Origin: Octopus sinensis
Lineage: Eukaryota
DNA: 64,000 bases
Direction of reading: 5' to 3'
NCBI RefSeq assembly: GCF_006345805.1
Contig: NC_043020.1
Coordinates: forward strand, 29,512,001-29,576,000
Program-made: the position numbers and the translations under genes
Notes under the pieces: generated by a model
Databases searched by the model: none
The model's input: the letters and a program-made list of their open reading frames with translations, nothing else
What the model was told of the DNA's origin: nothing
Shown here: piece after piece, positions 63,015 to 64,000 of the stretch
Layout of the letters: every line of letters starts with the position of its first letter
Position numbering within the stretch: position 1 is the first letter of the stretch

Positions 63015-63285
63015 ATGGCCTAGTGGTTACAGCAGCGGATTCGTGGTTGTAGGGATCACGGGTTTGAATCTCAAAACACCTAAGCTCCACGAGGCTCTGG
63101 CAGAAGGTAATGGTGAAACTTCTGTTGACTCTTTTGCCACAACTTTCTCTCACTCTTTCCTCCTGCATCTTGCAGCTCACCTGCGACGGACAAGCGTCCC
63201 ATCCAGGTGGGGAACCTATACGCCAAGGAAACCGGAAAACCGGCCCTTATGAGCCAGGCATGGCTCGAGAAGGAACAACAAAACA
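63015..63285 (+). mobile_element. tRNA-derived SINE
   Basis: TGGCCTAGTGGTTA...GGTTTGAATCTC head; CCTGCGACGGACAAGCGTCCCATCCAGG central segment; GAAACCGG...GAGCC; (AAC)n tail. Confidence 0.65.
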
Positions 63286-64000
63286 AAACTACTTACCACA
63301 CAGCCACTCCTGCACCTATATATATATATATATATATATTTCTAGTTTAATGTTCTTTATATTAAATACGCTAGCACTAATATCCCTATCTGTTTTACCA
63401 CAAATATTTTTTAAAAAACCCAGTTTTAGTGTTAATGCTCTCTACATTAAATATATTCTGACCCACTTAACTATTGTTTTTTGACCAGGCAGATGGTGTG
63501 ATGGTTTCTTGGTTATCTGTTTTTTCTATCAATCTGCCTAGGAACCTATCTACTCACATACACTGATAATAGAATCTCTGATAAGACAGGCTTTTTTTTA
63601 TTAAGTGTGTCAATAGGGCCTTCAAGGTATATTTTTAGAAGGACTTTCAGAATCTGGTACACCAACTGACGAAGAAACCAACCAACCACCCACAGCCTTC
63701 ATCTAATTATCTTTGCTACTAACCACAAATCAGTCACATGACAACCACTATCTGTACACATACCACCTCTGCCGCCACCACCACCACCACCACCATCGCT
63801 GTCATCACCACCATTACCATCATCACATCCATTGTCCCCATCAGTCACCAATCACCACCATCTGTACATCATAATGACTTATGCTTTATTGGATGTATCT
63901 GGAGTAAGAGGTTGTGGCCTTGGTCCTTTGCAGGTTCTCGGAGGCTGGTGAAATCGCTATGGTTCATGTGCTGAGAGGAATTTTCCAAAAGGATTTCCTG

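Overview
AT-rich, microsatellite- and SINE-dense animal genomic DNA. The repeat landscape looks like octopus or another coleoid cephalopod (inferred from recalled repeat motifs, not a database search). I find one protein-coding gene, on the + strand: an N-terminal-type Ras-association-domain protein (RASSF7/8-like). Its three coding exons join in phase 1 (18804-20208, 24966-25466, 32219-32367) and give 684 aa: RA domain, long Q/N/H-rich linker, coiled coil, and a C-terminal EGVWV. Candidate extra exons are a 5' non-coding exon near 600-681, two duplicated 5'UTR micro-exons, and 19-nt and 9-nt micro-exons in the last intron. The rest is at least three SINE families, RTE- and CR1-type LINE fragments, non-autonomous Helitrons, piggyBac-, hAT- and foldback-type MITEs, and mini/microsatellites. 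The most unusual object is at 44407-45497: an ORF-less foldback element flanked by a 12-bp target-site duplication. It is built from two head-to-head units of tRNA-like Pol III promoter + (TAA)n + Penelope-type minimal hammerhead ribozyme, and the minus-strand ribozyme core is intact. Almost all other ORFs in the supplied track are microsatellite or SINE artefacts.
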